DNA of 64,000 nucleotides from an uncultured archaeon (GTDB lineage Archaea; Aenigmatarchaeota; Aenigmatarchaeia; CG10238-14; SCSR01): NCBI GenBank assembly GCA_964373665.1, contig CAYJVM010000002.1, positions 8,923 to 72,922 of the forward strand, read 5' to 3'. Shown piece by piece: positions 60,501 to 64,000 of this stretch (position 1 is its first letter; each line of letters starts with the position of its first letter). The notes under the pieces were generated by a model. It saw only the letters and a program-made list of their open reading frames with translations, ran no database searches and was not told where the DNA came from. The position numbers and the translations under genes were made by a program.

Positions 60501-60654
60501 CTTCTCTACCCCTACCAAATATCCTGTCAATTACGCCCTCTCCTATAATAGCCGAAGGACCTTCAATATCACCAACGTCTCTTGTAGGATGTTCAGCATT
60601 TCTATGCAGTCTGACATCCGTATAGTTTTCTCCACATATTCGGCATGTAGGCAT
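57520..60654 (-). CDS. 1044-aa multi-domain membrane protein: N-terminal C2H2-like Zn finger, CarboxypepD_reg-like domains, 5 TM, large extracytoplasmic region, C-terminal SLT-like domain
   Basis: CRICGENYTDVRLHRNAEH; repeated GxVxD..G-NF-RV motifs; C-terminal AESGANPNSVSG...FSFGLFQVN. Confidence 0.6.
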   Translation of the reverse strand: MPTCRICGENYTDVRLHRNAEHPTRDVGDIEGPSAIIGEGVIDRIFGRGREERGSIQGRVVDATNNNPIRRASVNAGGSTVATNLNGNFRVDVRAGRSYSVHISADGYDTENVQSNVVQPNQTVDVGTIQLQPLQEAREGNLEGTVSSAAGPIRGATVDVGGHVGNTDDFGHYEIANIPTGRHTAQASAGGFRQTRQPIRINAGANQADFKLEQVGNVIQNPRGAAGRAVGFVTNRSRIIRAVIALIITLVVNFLFYQPIVIVGLNLGDPFTPPWWILTWFVPIAFFFAVYNVLPNRQLEARDWQSGIVGAVAAIFVWVLLNIGPLPVLDSPTIRWGIPIIVFFVITFITRRNIEDAGVVNGLGRTILWLTGIMGGIGLIFYVGNLFTTGAFLNIETYLRPLDVLRVVGVPQETIDGMKQGIRSILSFLNIQAVQPLKPEVKKVGGFEAIQVKFGASVNSFKLPTMFARMDYLLPVTVTNPNKVDIGTKPVKSFTIDEVYIVNGSVDRVMCGTFESEPIVRDGEVVPNPQPTGKTALGDIKPEEEKTLVVQFTGKAIQSGSLVGIGNNINCAQIISSTRGVPSKPLATAKNTEYIGDNIAVMNKINQCTQGLFEDRICLNNVCLDYCRQSLAASNSRYRVSNDLDEKSVRYLPNDYSCDCRYNNYYNIMDNLCFISGDKATVELRAKYDYTVEGKGDLIVVKTEADRKLAPKPQVTSSSGPLTVTTYFIPDVHSLEKPTSKVTLFIDVANGGKGSAEIKTLSIKGMSTDSCVPKPKTFLDSQKSVTFVCDAADLTRDLIIQGSFATIPLIVDMDYTYTEKFSTSASVEKKFIPEAIIVGSDEYSQLHTQFFSLPYYCERGLSVYGLKSSTASTPTITGPGSTTPGTCPTLDSGPCSVSNLQSTCFGTIASTDGFQASQICKAESGANPNSVSGVDKCRDGTSFSFGLFQVNVIAHASKIGGDCLNLFSKEGSDSLGTCLEYSSTRPDICVKWNCWVNDMEQYDRCVQKIKDPNTNIQVACQIYQGRNNWCPWRINANICGLGPC

Positions 60655-60717
60655 TATATCTAAATTAAATTGTCATTTTCTGGTAATTAGCTTTTTGCTG
60701 GACGCTGCGGGTGTGGC

Positions 60718-61623
60718 TTAACGACCTATTATGACTGCGCTTCCGCCGATCTTACTCATTCTTTCTATTTCTCCAATCTGTTCAGAGCTAACTCCTGCGT
60801 CCAAGTAGGCTTGCAACTGTTGTTTTTTCGCAGCAACCAAAGCGATCTCACCCAGTGCTCTCTGTTCCATTTCATACTTTTCGGTTTCGGCTCTCATTGC
60901 TCTTTCAAACCTCTCAGCCAACAACCTTTCAATTCCTTGGTACGGCCTCAAGTCAACAGAAATGGATCTTAATTCTAAACCTAGGAATTTCAAGTAATCT
61001 GGTGCGATTGCATTAATTCGATTCACCATGTACTCTAAATTCAGATCCCGCATAAGCGTGGCTCTATCAGCATATTGTGTATTAGATGCGTGGTCTCTAA
61101 CAATAACTTCTATCCTGTCCTGAAGGCTTCTGACAGATTCTGGCTCTGCTTCTACTTCACCGCCCACAGTCTCCTCAGTCTCTCTAAATTCCCTGACCAT
61201 ACGTGATATCCTGTTAGTAATGGCTGGAAACTCGTTTATGTTATGGCTGAAAATGTAATCGCGCAACTCATCTATAGAACCCACTTGACGCGTTATATCT
61301 CTTAGCTCGTCTTCATCCCCAAGGTATACTCTAAAAAGAATATCTACTATTCCATCCCCTCCAGGAGCATCCTCATAAACCAAGTCAGGGATTCTGAAAG
61401 TTCTTCTTATGTTAGCCGCATTTACAACATATCCCTGATTTCTCCAAGGGCGTATTGTAGTGCGAAACCCGGAATTCCTAACATGGTAATTTCCGCCTTG
61501 GAAATAGTCAATAAGAACAGGATATTCAGGTGATCTTGTGTTTACCCAAAGCGCTGGTCCGTGCTTTCTTACCACGCTTTGTGAATACAAGGTTTCTACC
61601 TGCCTAAATGGTGGTGTTGTCAT
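60718..61623 (-). CDS. SPFH/band-7 (stomatin/prohibitin-like) domain protein
   Basis: C-terminal ERLLAERFERAMRAETEKYEMEQRALGEIA coiled coil and SPFH core. Confidence 0.6.
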   Translation of the reverse strand: MTTPPFRQVETLYSQSVVRKHGPALWVNTRSPEYPVLIDYFQGGNYHVRNSGFRTTIRPWRNQGYVVNAANIRRTFRIPDLVYEDAPGGDGIVDILFRVYLGDEDELRDITRQVGSIDELRDYIFSHNINEFPAITNRISRMVREFRETEETVGGEVEAEPESVRSLQDRIEVIVRDHASNTQYADRATLMRDLNLEYMVNRINAIAPDYLKFLGLELRSISVDLRPYQGIERLLAERFERAMRAETEKYEMEQRALGEIALVAAKKQQLQAYLDAGVSSEQIGEIERMSKIGGSAVIIGR

Positions 61624-61726
61624 TTTTAATACCTTTATGTTTCTTTAAACTGTATAAACCACTAACGTTAAAACTTAAAAACCTATCGCCACATATCAAT
61701 TACATCAATTCAGGAGGTGTGCAGAA

Positions 61727-62014
61727 ATGTCAGAAGAAACAAAATCACCAAATAATGTCATATACATCGGACAAAAGCCTTCAATGGCATACGTTCTGGG
61801 CGTTATGACACAGCTTTCCAGCGGACAGAACCCGGTCTTCGTCAAAGCCAGAGGCAGATCAATCTCCAAGGCAGTCGACGTCGCCGAAATCGTCCGGAAT
61901 AAGTTCTTGAAAGACACTAAAGTCTCGAACATAGAAATTGGCACAGAGGAAAAAGCGCTTGAAAACGGGCAGAAGATCAACATTTCAACCATAAGCATCT
62001 CAATAAGCAAGTGA
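61727..62014 (+). CDS. albA: DNA/RNA-binding protein Alba
   Basis: KARGRSISKAVDVAEIVRNKF conserved Alba core. Confidence 0.9.
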   Translation: MSEETKSPNNVIYIGQKPSMAYVLGVMTQLSSGQNPVFVKARGRSISKAVDVAEIVRNKFLKDTKVSNIEIGTEEKALENGQKINISTISISISK

Positions 62015-62040
62015 CGTTTCCTCCCTTTTTCTTCTTTCTT
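61985..62040 (+). repeat. 56-bp direct repeat copy 1 (Alba 3' end + downstream)
   Basis: tcaaccataagcatctcaataagcaagtgacgtttcctccctttttcttctttctt identical to 62790-62845. Confidence 0.85.
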
Positions 62041-62042
62041 CA

Positions 62043-62477
62043 ATGTTTTTAATGGTGCCAAGTAAAATAACATATATGGCTATTCCAAAGGCAGTGCAAG
62101 AATTCAAGGAAAGGGTGATGAAAGAAGTAAATGGAAAAATAGAGTCTATTGTCCTCTACGGCTCCGTAGCTAGGGGCACGACTACAAAGGACAGCGACAT
62201 TGACATTTTCATACTAACTAAGGAAAATGTCTACAACAAGAAAAACAGCAAGTTACACAGCAAGATATCAGATATAAGAACCGATATTGACCTTGAAAAC
62301 GGAACTCTGACATCAATAGTTTATGTCCCTACAAAAACGTTTTTTAAACGCTATACTTTCGATCCCTTTATAAAGAACGTGATTAAGGACGGTGTAGTTT
62401 TGTATGACAAAGGGAATTTCACAAAAGTTAGTAAAGGAAGTTCTAAGAATAGCGGACGAATCGTTAGAAGAGGCTAA
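62043..62477 (+). CDS. nucleotidyltransferase (MNT)
   Basis: VLYGSVARGTTTKDSDIDIFIL. Confidence 0.8.
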   Translation: MFLMVPSKITYMAIPKAVQEFKERVMKEVNGKIESIVLYGSVARGTTTKDSDIDIFILTKENVYNKKNSKLHSKISDIRTDIDLENGTLTSIVYVPTKTFFKRYTFDPFIKNVIKDGVVLYDKGNFTKVSKGSSKNSGRIVRRG

Positions 62478-62799
62478 GCTTCTGTTAAAAGCCGATAAAT
62501 TAAGAGGCGCCGTATCTAGAGCATACTATGCTATGTTCAATGCGAGTAGAGCTTTGCTTTACAGCAAAGGCATAGAAGCGAAAACTCACAAGGGAGTTAT
62601 GGGCTTGCTTGGAGAAAAGTTCGTTAAAACGAAAGAATTGGACAAATGGTTTTCAAAAGCTATTGGTAATGCATTTGAATTGAGACAAGCGGGCGATTAT
62701 GAAATTGAGGTCGATATTGGTAAGGAAAAAACACAACAGATAATAAACGATGCGGAGAAATTTATTAAAGAAACTAAAGAGTTTCTTGGTCAACCATAA
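62404..62799 (+). CDS. HEPN domain protein
   Basis: helical 131 aa with RxxxxH-type region; overlaps MNT ORF by 74 nt. Confidence 0.65.
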   Translation: MTKGISQKLVKEVLRIADESLEEAKLLLKADKLRGAVSRAYYAMFNASRALLYSKGIEAKTHKGVMGLLGEKFVKTKELDKWFSKAIGNAFELRQAGDYEIEVDIGKEKTQQIINDAEKFIKETKEFLGQP

Positions 62800-62845
62800 G
62801 CATCTCAATAAGCAAGTGACGTTTCCTCCCTTTTTCTTCTTTCTT
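62790..62845 (+). repeat. 56-bp direct repeat copy 2
   Basis: identical to 61985-62040. Confidence 0.85.
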
Positions 62846-62860
62846 TTCTTAATTAATTTC

Positions 62861-63505
62861 ATGGAAAAGCAGAGAAAGCGGATGGTGCAGGCTCTGGCTT
62901 CTAGTGGCTATATCAAATCTCCCAACATAGCAGCAGCCATGGAAAAAGTTCCTAGGGAGTCGTTCGTCTTGAAAGAATTTCGTCGCAGGGCATACCATGA
63001 TGAAGCGTTGATGATTCCAGGCGACCAGACGATAAGCGCTCCTCACATACATGCAGTAATATTGTCTTTATTGGACTTGAAGCCTGGAGACAAGTTCCTT
63101 GAGGTAGGATCCGGCTCCGGCATATTGCTTGCTTATGCGCGTGAACTTATTGGTCGGCGTGGTAAAGTGGTCGGTATAGAGTTAAACGAGGATGCTTACA
63201 ACTTTTCCAAGAATAATTTGAAAACCGCCAAATACAGCGTGACGGTAGTTCATGGAGATGGTTCTTTAGGATATGCAAAACATGCCCCTTATGACAAGAT
63301 AGTCGTTAGTGCAGCTGCTCCGGATGTCCCAAAACCCCTATTGGAGCAACTAAAGCCAAACGGAACTTTGGTTATAGTCATCGGCGCTCCCAACAGCGAC
63401 CAGAGTTTAATTAAGATTCATAAGACAAAGTCTGGAAAGCTTACGACAAAAGAGATTCTGCCAGTGATTTTCGTCCCTTTGCGTGGAGCGCACGGCTGGA
63501 AATAG
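62861..63505 (+). CDS. pcm: protein-L-isoaspartate O-methyltransferase
   Basis: PIMT motifs LEVGSGSGILLA and VVHGDGSLGYAKHAPYDKIVVSAAAP; start moved to ATG 62861. Confidence 0.85.
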   Translation: MEKQRKRMVQALASSGYIKSPNIAAAMEKVPRESFVLKEFRRRAYHDEALMIPGDQTISAPHIHAVILSLLDLKPGDKFLEVGSGSGILLAYARELIGRRGKVVGIELNEDAYNFSKNNLKTAKYSVTVVHGDGSLGYAKHAPYDKIVVSAAAPDVPKPLLEQLKPNGTLVIVIGAPNSDQSLIKIHKTKSGKLTTKEILPVIFVPLRGAHGWK

Positions 63506-63507
63506 AA

Positions 63508-63613
63508 TGAGGTCGTAGGGATTCGAACCCTAATTGGACGCTAGCTGCAATCATCTGAGATCATATCTCCATGAATTCTGGAGGCGCCTATCCTACCGTT
63601 GAATGACGACCTC
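63508..63613 (-). tRNA. tRNA-Trp(CCA) with about 35-nt intron at canonical 37/38 position
   Basis: acceptor GAGGTCG/CGACCTC; T-arm TAGGG-TTCGAAT-CCCTA; anticodon loop CTCCAG...A; CTCCA pairs with intronic TGGAG (BHB-like). Confidence 0.75.
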
Positions 63614-63637
63614 GTCTTGTTAAGATAAAATTTGAAA

Positions 63638-63988
63638 TTACTTAAGCTTTAATCTGTGGGATATCACCGCAACTAGAAGGCTGACTGTCATCGTGCAGAA
63701 TAGATAGATTATTAACATACCCAAGAAAAACCTGTCTGGATAAAGAGTTTTGAGGATGCTATTAGCTGGAAAAACAAAGTTCTCCACAAAAAGGACCTTG
63801 TGAAATATTAGGAAAACGAAATCGAAACTGGCCAAAAATGCCAGCATGATAGCAAAAGTCAATGCCAAAACGAAGAGTGATGTCCTCCTGAGAGCTGTGA
63901 CAAGAAAGTTTCTGTCTTTCCTTGAAAAGTGGTCAAAACTCGATAGCAGTGCAATGAAAGATACAAAAAAGGTTACATTCGAAATCAA
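63638..63988 (-). CDS. membrane protein (3-4 TM), unknown
   Basis: hydrophobic helices; near window edge. Confidence 0.35.
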   Translation of the reverse strand: MISNVTFFVSFIALLSSFDHFSRKDRNFLVTALRRTSLFVLALTFAIMLAFLASFDFVFLIFHKVLFVENFVFPANSILKTLYPDRFFLGMLIIYLFCTMTVSLLVAVISHRLKLK

Positions 63989-64000
63989 TATAATCTGCCT

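Noticed and set aside
63545-63580. C/D box sRNA inside the tRNA-Trp intron (as in haloarchaeal tRNA-Trp)
   Set aside because: The intron is only about 35 nt and lacks a proper box C (RUGAUGA) plus box D (CUGA) pair. GATGAT occurs once only.

Overview
Archaeal chromosomal window, about 40% GC. Archaeal hallmarks present: HMf-type histone, RadA, RPA, Alba, AglB/STT3, ribosomal proteins S15P and S3Ae, Bud32, diphthine synthase, and two intron-containing tRNAs. Three blocks.
(1) 1-26.5 kb: a dense N-glycosylation/sugar-modification island. It holds nucleotide-sugar dehydrogenases, a UXS-type decarboxylase, CDP-sugar synthase, sugar C-methyltransferase, carbamoyltransferase, two FkbM methyltransferases, an AsnB-like amidotransferase, a Gfo/Idh/MocA oxidoreductase, six glycosyltransferases, a split Alg13/Alg14 pair, AglH-like GlcNAc-1-P transferase, a GT-C mannosyltransferase-like enzyme, a Wzx-like flippase, an HprK-like P-loop protein, and AglB with a WWDPG motif.
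(2) 26.5-37 kb: housekeeping genes. These are histone, RPA, RadA, Bud32, S15, S3Ae, site-2 protease, tRNA-Leu, Trm5-family methyltransferase and diphthine synthase.
(3) 37-61 kb: a type IV pilus-like locus. It has a FlaI/VirB11-like ATPase with a long N-terminal extension, a FlaJ/TadC-like platform protein, four paralogous small membrane proteins, two coiled-coil proteins and many proteins with pilin-like N-termini. Several of these carry bacterial-cell-wall hydrolase or binding domains (LysM, two GH23/SLT-like lytic transglycosylase modules, an M23 endopeptidase). This block is interrupted by an IS200/IS605 element (tnpA+tnpB) and by a HEPN-MNT cassette bounded by direct repeats. A second HEPN-MNT cassette, bounded by a 56-bp duplication of the Alba gene 3' end, lies at about 62 kb.
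The most interesting candidate system is the pilus-linked set of secreted/pilin-like murein hydrolases in an archaeon, suggesting interaction with or attack on bacterial cell walls. Start codons in the supplied ORF track sometimes use GTG/TTG; several starts were moved to internal ATGs.
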